From contig JBHGNT010000014.1 of assembly GCA_043228905.1 (NCBI GenBank), positions 7,998,001 through 8,062,000 on the forward strand: a stretch of 64,000 nt of DNA, read 5' to 3'. A program made the translations under genes and the position numbers. This DNA is from Azolla caroliniana. Lineage: Eukaryota; Plantae; Polypodiophyta. The notes under the pieces were generated by a model, which saw nothing but the letters and a program-made list of their open reading frames with translations, had not been told where the DNA came from and made no database searches. Positions 53,043 to 64,000 of the stretch are shown piece after piece; position 1 is the first letter of the stretch; each line of letters starts with the position of its first letter.

Positions 53043-56000
53043 TGTCAGGAACAATACTGAGACAGAGAAGGAATTAGTACTAAACGAAGGATTAGTACTA
53101 TGAGAGGTGTAGAACTTCTTCGAGAGAAGGAAGGAGTGAGCGAGACGGAGAGAAAGAGAGAGATCGAGAGAGAGAGAGAGAGAGTGATGATAAGAAAGAT
53201 ATGTATTATATGAAGAGAATATACAATGGTGGCTAAAAGGCTTAAGACTGGCGTTGAACCAATTTGGTTCAACATAATGCCTAGTGCCCTCTTTTATAGT
53301 GTTTTCAGGAGTAATCCTGAAGCTTCTAGAATGTTCCAGAGAAATCTGGAATATACACTAATTTCCTATAATAAAATGTAAATGAAAATAATATCCTACA
53401 TATTACAATAGATGGTCTAATGGTCAAGAGCTTGACCCATATAACCTAAGGTCATGGGTTCGAGTCTTGCCATATCATGACACTATCCCCCTTTAAAACG
53501 ACGAGTGTCACGAGTCGTCTTGGATTGAGGACCCGGTTTGTGTGGATATTGACGATGGAAGTCTTCAAGAAGAGCACGAGCATTGGTCACATTATCGATC
53601 GGTTCCCAAGTACGTTCGCTGGGACTATAGCGTAGCCAATCGACTAGATAGTAGAGCTTGTTGCGAACAATCTTGGAATCAAGGATTGCGGCAACCTCGT
53701 ACTCCGGCCCATCTTCAAGCTCGATCGGGGGTGGAGTTTGGATAAGACGTCCTGGGATGGTGGTCTCGTAGTAGGGTTCAAGGAGAGAACTATGAAACAC
53801 TGGATGTATCCGAAGTTGAGGAGGTAGATCGAGACGAAAAGCGACATCATTAATCTGTCCAATAATACGGAAAGGACCTAATCGCCGATAATCCAACTTC
53901 TCACATGGGCGAGTAGTCTTGATGTGTCGTCGTAGCAGCCACACCCGATCTCCAATATTAAAACTAGATGGAAGTCGATGACGATCCGCGTAGACCTTGT
54001 GTGTTTGTTGAGCTTGCTGGAGATGAGTAGATAAATCCGCTTGTATCTTGCGTAACCGCTCCAAACGATCCTCCGCGCACGGATTTGTTCGTTCAGCTTG
54101 GCCATCGGTTTGTGGGTGGTAGCCGAAGGAGAGGTTACAAGAGACCTTGAGCATGTTAAAAAGGTGCTTCCAAAATTTTGACACGAACTGGGGTCCACGG
54201 TCGCTGATGATAGTATCGGGAAGTCCATGATGCCGACATACTTCACACATGACAATTTCGACAGTGTCTTCACTGGAGATCTCCTTAGTACATGGCAAGA
54301 AATGAGCCATCTTCGTGTATCAATCGACCACCGTTAGAATCGCATTGAACCCCTTAGAGATTGGAAGATCTGTGATGAAGTCTAGAGCAATGGATTGCCA
54401 CGGCTTGCTTGGAATTGGTAATGGTTCTAATAAACCATATGGATGATGCCTTGGCATTTTCGCTCTGCAACATGTATCACAAGTCCGAACAAAATCCTCG
54501 ACAAATTGTCGCATACAGGGCCACCAGAATGATCGTTGTACTAAATGTAATGTTTTAGTACTACCAAAATGCCCAGTTGTATATGTGTCATGGCAGTTTT
54601 GAACTACTCGAAGGCGGCAAGAACCATTAGGAACATACAAAAGTTCTTTAAAGAAGAGTAATCCATCATGGTATTTGAATTGCCGATAGTCCGTACCTGG
54701 TGGTTGCGACTGTGAACACGACGCTCGAGAGGGATCAATTTATGCTAGTATAGCTTGGGCGAACGCATCTGTCTTCAAGTCTTCACGTATGGTATCGATA
54801 ACGCGGGAATCCATGGGCATGTCAAAGATCTGTGTTGCTTGTAGTCGTGCCGGTCCCAAGATGACTTGTTTTTGGTTATCGAAAGCTGGCTCGCCAGGAC
54901 GGGGTGCTAGATACGAACGTCGTGATAATGCATCTGCCTTCCCTTGGTGCTTCCCCAGACGATATGTAATTTTGAAGTCGAAACACGTGAGGAAGTGGGC
55001 CCACCGAGCTTGACGTCGATTCAACACACGAGCATCCTTAAAGTAGGCAAGATTCTTGTGATCACTAAATACGGTGACTGGATGAGAGGATCCCTCTAGA
55101 AAATGCCTCCATTGCATAAAAGAATCCACTATTGCCAATAGCTCCTTATCATGAATTTCGTAGTTAATTTCGGCGGCGTCAAACTTGCGTGAGTGAAAAG
55201 CCATAGGATGTAGCTTCTCATCATTCCCCTGTTGTGACAGAATGCTCCCCAATGCAAAATCCGATGCGTTAGCTTCGATAATGAATGCTTTTTCTGGATC
55301 GACATGAGCTAGAATTGGAGCCGATGTAAATGCCTTTTTAAGACTCTCGAAAGCCATGTCCGTTTCTTCAGACCAGATGAATGGTTGTCCCTTCCTGGTA
55401 AGTTGTGTGAGAGGTAGAACAATCTTTGAGTAATCTTGTATGAACTTCCGGTAAAAATTGGCAAAGCCTAGGAAGCATTGCACATCCCGCACCGAACGCG
55501 GAGTCAGCCATTCTACCACCGTTTTGACCTTATCTGGGTCCATGGAGATGCCTTCTGACGAAATGATGTAGCCGAGAAATTCCACTTGGTTGCACCCGAA
55601 ACTACATTTTTCCAGCTTTGCATACAGACCATGTTCTCAAAGTCGTTTTGGTACTAATAGTACATGAGAATCATGTTCTTCTTGGGTCTTTGAATAAACC
55701 AATAGATCATCCAAATAGATGATCAAACAATCATCCAATAGATCTCGGAATATATCATAAGCCATGTGCTGGAAGATTGCCGGCGCATTAGTGAGGCCGA
55801 ACAACATGACCGTATACTTGAAGTGCCCATATCTGGTGCCAAACGCGGTCTTCCATTCGTCTCCTGGTCGGATCCGTACGAGGTTATATGCTCCCCGTAA
55901 GTCGATCTTTGTGAAGAACTTGGCACCATTGATCCATTCTAAAAGACTTGAGATAAGGGGAAGAGCATACCTATTCCTGATTGTAACCTTATTCAAGCCA

Positions 56001-58195
56001 CGGTAATCTACAACAAGACGAAGCGATCCATCTTTTTTCTTGACGAAGAAAATGGGCGCGCCGGCTAGAGATTTCGAATGCCGAATGAAACCATTTTCCA
56101 AATTCTCCTCGATATAGGCCCGAAGGACTTCCAGCTCAGTTGGTGACAAATTGTAGATCGGTCCCCATGGCGGCTCTTTTCCCGGTTGTAAATCGATGGG
56201 GCAATCGTACGGTCGATGATGAGGAAGTGTGTTGGCTTGTACTTTATCGAACACATCGGCGTAATGACGATACTTCTCAGGAAGTTGAACGGTGGATTTT
56301 TCTTTAGTGGTGCTGGAGGGGTTTATTGATATTGCAAAGAGGAACATTTCCTCCTCGCGCCCTTCTTTACGCAACTGACGTAGCGAAATGGTTGCCATCT
56401 TCTGAGTTGTCCCTTGGGTTTGTCGACATCGGATTTCTCTTGTTCTCCAATCTATGTTTGGGTTATGTAACTCGAACCACGGTAATCCTAAAACTATAGG
56501 ATGTTCTGGGATACTAATAATATTAAATGATACTTAACATGCTAAGTTATCTAGGACAATATTAATGGGCTCTGACTCTTCTATGATATTTCCGGAAGCA
56601 ATGGGACGTCCATCAATGACTACTACAGAGGCTGGACACTGGAGTTTTCTTAGGGATATCTTATGAGCTTGAGCAAATTTCTTATCCATAAAGCAAGAGT
56701 TAGCTCCGGAATCTAGGAGTGCTAGGACATGTACTGGAGGGGTACTTTTAGTACTAACTATTACTTGGGCTACGAACACATCACTAACTTGCTTAGAGGG
56801 AATGGAACCACTAATGGGCTGCACAGATCTAGGGCTGTCCAACCAAACGACTCCTATTTTGGCTGGACTTAGTCGTTTAACTCTTCTTCTAACTGACTAA
56901 GGACATCAAATTTGTTTGCTAGATCTGGGCTATTAGTACTATTAGGACTATCAGATATCCCTACTGAAATAGGCTCGGGTTTAGTACAATTAGAACTAGC
57001 GACTATTTGGTTTACCTGTCTTCTTGGCCTATGGGGGCAATTTATTGTGATATGTCCTGGTCCACCGCAGTAAAGACATAGTCGATTTGTACGGCGTCGC
57101 TGCTTTTCTTCTTCGGATAATGGCCCTCGACGACGTGTAGTGTCAATCTCCATCGGAGTTGGAGTATTCGCTGGAGGCGCATTATATGACTCCCTCGGAA
57201 AAGGTCTTGCTACCACTGAGGCGTAGGTGGGCTCTGATCTTGGTCTCAGCATCTGTAGCTGTCTTTCCAAACGTCGCTCAAAGAGGCGGTTGTCACATCT
57301 CACCGCGCGACTGATTGCTTCTGTTAAGGACTTTGGCTCTTCAGGGAAGGTCAAGAGTAAATCCTTGACGTCGTTGCGTAAACCATAACGGAATTGCTCC
57401 ATCAACGCTTGATCATCCCAAGGGATATCGGCGGCGAGTAGGCGAAAATCTGTAGCGTATGCGGAGGCTGGATGGTCACCTTGGCGTAATCGCCGAATTT
57501 TGTTGATTGCGGTCTTGATGCTGTCAGTATCTCCGAAACATGCTTTAAACTCACCTAGAAACTCTTCAAAATTGTTGAGTAACGGAGATTCCTTTTCTAA
57601 TAGTGGAGCGAACCATGACAATGCTGAGCCACTTAACAAAGTGCCTACTAAACCCACTCGTGATGCATCGGTGGGATATCGGGAAGGATGCATTTGGATA
57701 ACTAATCGTACCTGGTTAAGGAACCCTCTAAACTACGATCGCGTTCCATCGAACTTCGTGGGAAGGCCAATCTTGGGTTCTTTATGAATCCCTTGTGTTC
57801 CGGGCCCTTGTTGTTGCATCGCTACGATGGTTGCTTTGAGTTGTTGCACGCGTAATGCAAGTTCCCCATGCTGTTGTTGCGTTTGCTGCTTTTCTAAGGA
57901 GATTTGCTGAAGATCCCCCAGCAACCGTTGGTTTTCTTGTTCCAAAGCATGGAACTTCTCTTTCAAGCATTGAAATTCCGAGAAAACAGATTGATATTCT
58001 TCAGCGCTAACAGTGGCCATGTGATGAAAGAAAAGAGGAATAAGAGATTAGTAGGAAATGAGAGAGATAGAAGGTAGGCAAATTGGTTCAAACTGTCAGG
58101 AACAATACTGAGACAGAGAAGGAATTAGTACTAAACGAAGGATTAGTACTATGAGAGGTGTAGAACTTCTTCGAGAGAAGGAAGGAGTGAGCGAG

Positions 58196-58250
<55 letters not shown>

Positions 58251-58545
58251 TGATAAGAAAGATATGTATTATATGAAGAGAATATACAATGGTGGCTAAA
58301 AGGCTTAAGACTGGCGTTAAACCAATTTGGTTCAACATAATGCCTAGTGCCCTCTTTTATAGTGTTTTCAGGAGTAATCCTGAAGCTTCTAGAATGTTCC
58401 AGAGAAATCTGGAATATACACTAATTTCCTATAATAAAATGTAAATGAAAATAATATCCTACGTATTACAATAGATGGTCTAATGGTCAAGAGCTTGACC
58501 CATATAACCTAAGGTCATGGGTTCGAGTCTTGCCATATCATGACA
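53043..58545 (-). mobile_element. Ty3/gypsy chromovirus (Tcn1-like) with both LTRs (58094-58545 and 53043-53482) and TSD GTGAG
   Basis: Near-identical LTRs; gag with CLYCGGPGHITINC; LLDSGANS protease; RT YLDD; RNase H NYEIHDKELLAI; integrase with GPF motif; chromodomain EYEVAAILDS...YYLVDW...TWEP; PPT AAAGGGGGATAG. Several stops and an internal integrase deletion. Confidence 0.96.
53405..53478 (+). other. tRNA-like Pol III A/B-box cassette inside the LTR (second copy at 58468-58541)
   Basis: A box TGGTCTAATGG at 53413-53423 and B box GGTTCGAGTCT at 53457-53467, with tRNA-like spacing. Confidence 0.6.
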
Positions 58546-59767
58546 GTGAGTCTGTCGATAGACAATACTGTTCAGTAGAAAACGAAGAGTCTGATGACAA
58601 ACAATATTCTTCAATCGAGAACTTCAATGACACAGAGCTCTTCAAGTTATGTGCTTGGGCTAATATAAAAAATGATAAGCTCCTCTCTAAACATAAGCTC
58701 CCTCAATATAATGTCTATATTATTTAATATTATATTAATACAATAAAGAAAGATATTATTTTTAATATAATAATTTTACTCAACATATTAATAACTACTT
58801 AAACTAGTCAGTATAAAGTCCATCAATTATATTTTATACCTTATTAATCCTATAGTATATAAATTTAAATTAAATTTACTTTAGGCATCAAGTATAATAT
58901 TACTAAATATATGGAGGCAAAAATATGTAAGTTTAATCCCAATCATTAGGGCAATAATATTCTCCACGTGTAGGCCTACTTGGTACTCCTAAACACTAAG
59001 TATATACTATACATATATTATAAACGTTCAATTTTTATATACATAATGTATATATTTACAATCATTACAAAACCATATATATGTTGGTTTAAAGTTAAAA
59101 TCATTGGTTAATTAATGGCACCCATATTTAATATAGAACTTCTCAGCATTGGTTAATTCATGCCCACCATTTTAAATATAAGCCTTTTCAATCATTGGTT
59201 CATTCATGGCTATATCTTTAATACAAAACATTAGAGAGTCATAAAAATGTTACTTTGAGTATTCAATCATTGTTTTATTTATGACCTTCAAAGGCAATCA
59301 AAAATATAAAATAATCTTTAATATATTAGTTTGAGTATTTAATCATTGATTCATTCATAAACATCATTTAATTAACACCCATTAGAGAGTCATAAATATA
59401 TTGGTTTCAATACCCAATCATTGGTACATTCAAGATTATGTACTAAATAAAGTGTACTAAGGTCAAATAAACTCTCTCTTAGGTCTAACTAACTAACCTT
59501 AAGCTTACCAACCATGGTTAAAGTAACTGTGGTTACTTTAACCACAGTGGTCAATCCCTATAAATAGGAAGACCCCCTCATTTTGCGATCACTCACGCGT
59601 AGAATAGAGCACACAAAGCCCAAAGCACCCAGAGCATGTAGCACCAATCGTCACCTCCCCGTTACCATCGACAACGAGAATCACGTCTTCTAAGAAGAGC
59701 GAGCGCCAAGATTCCAGGCAAGCGCTTAGTTGTATGGACCTTTTTTTTAAATATGTTTTTAGCACTC

Positions 59768-59995
59768 AAGAAATTGATACAGGGTATCAAGTTCCTGTAT
59801 AAAACACTCTTATTAAACAGAAACTCGATACGGCGTATCGAGTTCCTGTTTAAATCCCCCACTTTATACAGGAACTCGACACATCGTATCGAGTTCCTGT
59901 TTAATAAGAATGTTATATACAGGAACTCGATACGCCGTATCGAGTTATTGTATAAAACACTCACTTTAAACAAGAACTCGATACGCTGTTGTCGC
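59768..59995. repeat. 51-bp-period array of palindromes AGGAACTCGATAC-nnn-GTATCGAGTTCCT (further arrays at 61461-61630 and 62411-62512)
   Basis: Palindromes start at about 59768, 59819, 59870, 59921 and 59971, separated by 22-nt cores. Confidence 0.9.
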
Positions 59996-60263
59996 GAAGT
60001 TTCGCGCACGCGTGTTACTTGGGCAGGACCACGGGGGTCTTGGACTAGGGAGTACTCAAGGGATAGAGAAGGCCTGAGGTTTGCTTTACGACAATGCTAC
60101 TTCTCGGCCCCTCCCCAAGCAAGGTCTCGTTGCCCTTTGTTTTGTGAGGCCAGTGGCTCTCGTTCATCACAACTCGTCGACCTTTCGAGATCACCGCACG
60201 AGCCAAGTGACCAAACGGGTACAAGCAAGATGAGCACGCAAGATGAACGCAGAAGTGGACGAT

Positions 60264-60595
60264 AACACAAACACGAATGCCTGTACGTCTTTATGAGGAG
60301 GAGAGGTTCATGGGCACGCTCAAACGCTCCCTCGTCACAAGACGGTCGAACGTACAAGGAAGACACAAACACACACACAAATGCTCGTACGCCTTTATGA
60401 GGAGGAGAGGTGCATGGGCAAGCCCGAACGGTCCCTCGTCACAAGATGGCCGAACGTACAAGGAAGACACAAACACATGCACAAAATGCTTGTACGCCTT
60501 TATGAGGAGGAGAGGTGCAGGGGAGGTGCATGGGCAAGCCCGAAACGGTCCCTCGTCACAAGACGACCGAACGTACAAGGAAGATACAAACACAA
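60264..60595. repeat. Tandem repeat, about 105-120 bp x3
   Basis: GTACG.CTTTATGAGGAGGAGAGGT.CATGGGCA...CCCTCGTCACAAGA...GAACGTACAAGGAAGA occurs three times. Confidence 0.85.
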
Positions 60596-62244
60596 AAAGA
60601 CGGAAAGAAAGAAACACGAATGATATCGACCAAAGAGATAAAAACGTGTTCGATTCCAAAGCAAGAGGACCCTTTATAAAATAGGGTTTGATTACAATGG
60701 CAACTTATAGTTAACCACAAGCTCAATCAAAACATAAATCCTAAATGCCCTTAGAGACAAGAGCAAATCCGAACATGGCGAAGATGAACACACGAGCACC
60801 ACCAAAATGCCAATCCCAACGAACCACGACTACCTGAACGGCGAGCACACGGGCTCGCAATGACGAACGGGGCGGAGCAACGTCAAACCAACGAAGCTTG
60901 GGCTCACGAGCACTTCGAGTGCTGACACGAAGAAGACAAGCACGTGGTGATGGGGGGATGAAGGGGTATGAGATAAAGAGAAGTGGTGAATAAGAAGATG
61001 AAGAGCTCCGAAGGAAAATTGGTGATAGTCTCCTCCTCCCAAAACGTCCTCCCGAATGAGCCCCCCTCGACCTCCATTTATAGGAAAAAAAGAAGGGGGG
61101 GTCGCCAATTTTGTTTTCAATGAAAAAGGAATAAAATTCCTTAAATCACGCTGCACTATAAGACTACATTTGAACCGCACACCTCTAACTAGTAGTCAAT
61201 GTGACTATCCACTAGCCCACTAACTCTCTCTTATGCAATATATAATTCTATCTCTATAAATTCTTAGCCTATCTCTCCTCTACATTTATCTCTCTTCTCT
61301 CTTACTTTTTGCACGGGCTTCTATGCATCCTTTCCACCCTTTCTTTTCCCTTTTATTTTGCATATGCACAACTAATCGCTTTTGTGTGCACACACATTGC
61401 ACATGCACATTTTTGACCCCCCCCTTTCGCTGGTTTTTCCCACTCTCGAGCACGCCACATCACGACACCGTATTGAGTTTCTGTTTAATAAGAGTGTTTT
61501 ATATAGGAACTCGATATGGCGTATTGAGTTCCTATTTAAAGTGGGGGTTGTATATAGTAACTCGATATGTTGTATCGAGTTCTTGTTTAAATCCCCCACT
61601 TTTAACAGGAATTCGATACGCCGTTGTCGTGCCTTTCGGCTCCGGATCGTTTGCGTGAGTCGGGTGGGAACCACCGGGGTTTTGGACTAGGAGAAAGAAG
61701 AATATGAGATGAGGCTAGTAATGAATAGATTATTAGAAAGAGAGATAGAAATTTCGTGAATCCCACGAGTGTATTGTATTCGATTAATCAATATTTAGAT
61801 AAGAATATGTATTTAGATTGAAAGAAAGATATAAGAAACTTGTGAATCCCACAAGTATAGATTATATTATTTTCGTGAATCCCACGATTATATTAATCGG
61901 TTGGTGTTTTCGGAAATATATCCAATTTCCAAATATTTCACACACCTATTACATTGTGCTCCCCATCCTTATGTAGTGATGGGAGAGACTAAGCATAGCT
62001 ACATGCTTTTTTTCTAATATGTTCATGCACACTAAATATGCATGTGATGCTTTTCTAATCCTTGCTTTTATTTGCTAAATATAGTGCTCATGCACGCTAG
62101 ATGTGCACGAGTCACTTTTTAGTTGCTTGCGTTTTTTTTCTATAAAATATTCACACACTCTAAAAATGCATGATTTACCTTTTAATAAAGGTAGGCGCAA
62201 ATAAAGCAGTTATAGTTATTAAATCTATTTATAGAACACTAAAG

Positions 62245-62312
62245 ATAAGGTAGCATAATGGTAAAGTTGAGGTTTGGCTACGTGGAGGTACAGGGTTCAA
62301 ATCCTGCCCTAT
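62245..62312 (+). other. tRNA-derived (SINE-head-like) A/B-box cassette
   Basis: TAGCATAATGG at 62251-62261 and GGTTCAAATCC at 62294-62304. Confidence 0.5.
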
Positions 62313-62995
62313 GCACGTGATAAATATCTTGATATATTATTTTATTTATTTATATGTAATTAAATCGGTTATATTATTTTTTTACTTTTTCACGTAGTGT
62401 ACGAAATACACTACGACACCGTATCGAGTTTCTATTTAATAAGAGTGTTTTATACAGGAACTCGATACGTTGTATCGAGTTCCTGTATAAAACCCTCTTT
62501 TTAAAAAGGAATATTGTGTCTTTGGGGGAACTTATTGATATATGTGTGAAAAGATACCAAATTTATGTCCAATTCAGACATTTTTAGCGAAATGTGTTAC
62601 ATTTTGTAACATTTAGCACCCTTATTGAAACAAGTTGTATGACCTATAATAGCTTAAAATAATAGAAAATAACACACGAATTACCTTTATGATACCAAAT
62701 TCAAACCTATCGTATTAAAATTCTCAACAATATGGGATATGGAATCAATATAAACCATACCTACCCTCCAATATGATACATAATCTTGTAAAATTATTAA
62801 GATATAATCTTGTAAAATTATTAAGATATGCAATAAAGGTCTATCATGTTCATAGAAAATATGATGATTGATTTTTAGAGTTTAGCACAAGTCGCTTGCT
62901 AGTTTTTGTCTTGATCTGGGTATGTATATTTTAATAGGTAACCTAAATCTAGGGAACCAACTAACTTATATTTTTGCAAGTCCTTTCTTAAATAG

Positions 62996-64000
62996 GTCGT
63001 TTGAGAACTTGTCGGACCGACCTGTGAAGAAAATCAAGCTCCGAATTCAGGGCTCTCCAATGGAGACCCAGAAACAAATAGTTCCTCAGAACATGAAGAG
63101 AGGAAAAAAGCTTCTCTTCAATGAGGAGACAAAATCTCAACCATCAGACAAAATTAGCGAAAAGGAAACGTTAGTTGCTATTGGTGGTGAGGACCTTCTT
63201 GACCGTGATCTAATGGACAAGGAATGGTGTATGCAATACATCGACTCCAAGAAAAAAGTCATGCTATATACGACAAAGAAGAAGGGCGACGGTCAGCTGG
63301 AAAAAGACACCACATTTATGTATGGCCGTATTTTACAATTTAACTACGAAGATTTAGATTTAGCCAACATTCTTGTAATGATAGAGTGCTCGAAGGGGGT
63401 ACGTAAAGTGTACCTTTCTGAAGATTGACTAGTAAAGGAATCTTGTGGGCTAGAATCTTTTAAAAAAGATCTACAAAGCTCACAAAATCTTATTGTCACC
63501 TTGAGGCCTTATATACAAGTCCATGTAACTCTAAGGGAGCCCTTTCCCTCCCCGGTGAAGGCCCCCAAAAGGGCATCTAAAGTGCAATCAAGACCAGCAA
63601 AAAAGAAGACCACTAAAATGTCAGACTCCGACTCATCAAGCTCAACTGAAGATGAGGACGCTAGGGGGACACTAGGTGCTGAGCTAGCATCTGGTGTGTT
63701 GTTATTCGAGCAGAATAAGATACAGAGAGAGTTAATGCAGCGCAAACTGGTGAGAAAAGAGCAAGTGTTTAATTTGCCTATAACACACATCCATCAGCCC
63801 CCCAGTAGATGTAAAAACAAGACGAAGACCACTTGAGATTAGAGAGCCACACCGAATGCATGTTCAGAATCTCAAGAAAAAAATGAAAATAAATACGCAT
63901 GCTACAATTGTGCCTTTCATTGTGATGGTAGATCCCGAAGAATGTTCCACAACTGAGAACTTCGACGTGAGAAAGCATGATCAATACAATTACTTTGTAA
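62996..64000 (+). pseudogene. Disrupted ORF of a probable TE-associated protein, ending in a ParB/Srx-like N-terminal segment (runs to the window end)
   Basis: ORFs 62922-63428 and 63501-63836 share a frame across one stop; after a frameshift at about 63800 the sequence reads LEIREPHRMHVQNLKKKMKIN...VPFIVMVDPEEC...YNYFV. Confidence 0.45.

Larger units (their letters stand above)
50480..58650 (-). mobile_element. Sola1-like DDD transposase gene (pseudogenised; core ORF 51398-52606), interrupted near its N-terminus by the chromovirus
   Basis: IDGMDQ...LYIQLDNTTRENKN...FLLVGHTHNHIDQMFS catalytic-type motifs and upstream CxxC; ORFs 52631-53014, 51398-52606, 50672-51367 and 50484-50681 are collinear; FSIEEYC repeats continue on both sides of the insertion. 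Confidence 0.72.

Noticed and set aside
53405-53478. Functional tRNA gene
   Set aside because: No convincing acceptor stem or 7-nt anticodon loop; kept only as a tRNA-like cassette. The same applies at 49265 and 62245.
59768-59995. CRISPR-like repeat-spacer pattern
   Set aside because: The spacers are re-used variants of two motifs, there are no cas genes, and the context is a eukaryotic TE region.

Overview
Eukaryotic nuclear DNA, most likely from a non-seed land plant (fern-, lycophyte- or moss-like, inferred from the TE lineages). There are two clear host genes, both on the minus strand: an intronless V-ATPase subunit D (14928-15728) and a 7-coding-exon SAM-domain protein gene (17917-26099). 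Most of the rest is nested and deleted transposons. These include a complete Ty1/copia element (43569-48986, TSD GAAAG) and a complete chromodomain-bearing Tcn1-like Ty3/gypsy element (53043-58545, TSD GTGAG) inserted in a Sola-like DDD transposase gene. There is also a gag-only, tRNA-Trp-primed LTR element in tandem form, a truncated hAT transposase, and several copia and gypsy remnants. Most notable: (i) the chromovirus has no tRNA PBS but a 13-nt self-priming signature positioned relative to its TATA box; (ii) tRNA-like A/B-box cassettes lie antisense inside the LTRs of two unrelated retrotransposon families; (iii) arrays of 51-bp palindrome-bounded units with cores in both orientations lie between the Sola-like transposase and a divergent ParB-like ORF; (iv) a decayed, tandemly amplified ORF may be virus-derived. 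All coordinates were read by eye and no database searches were run.
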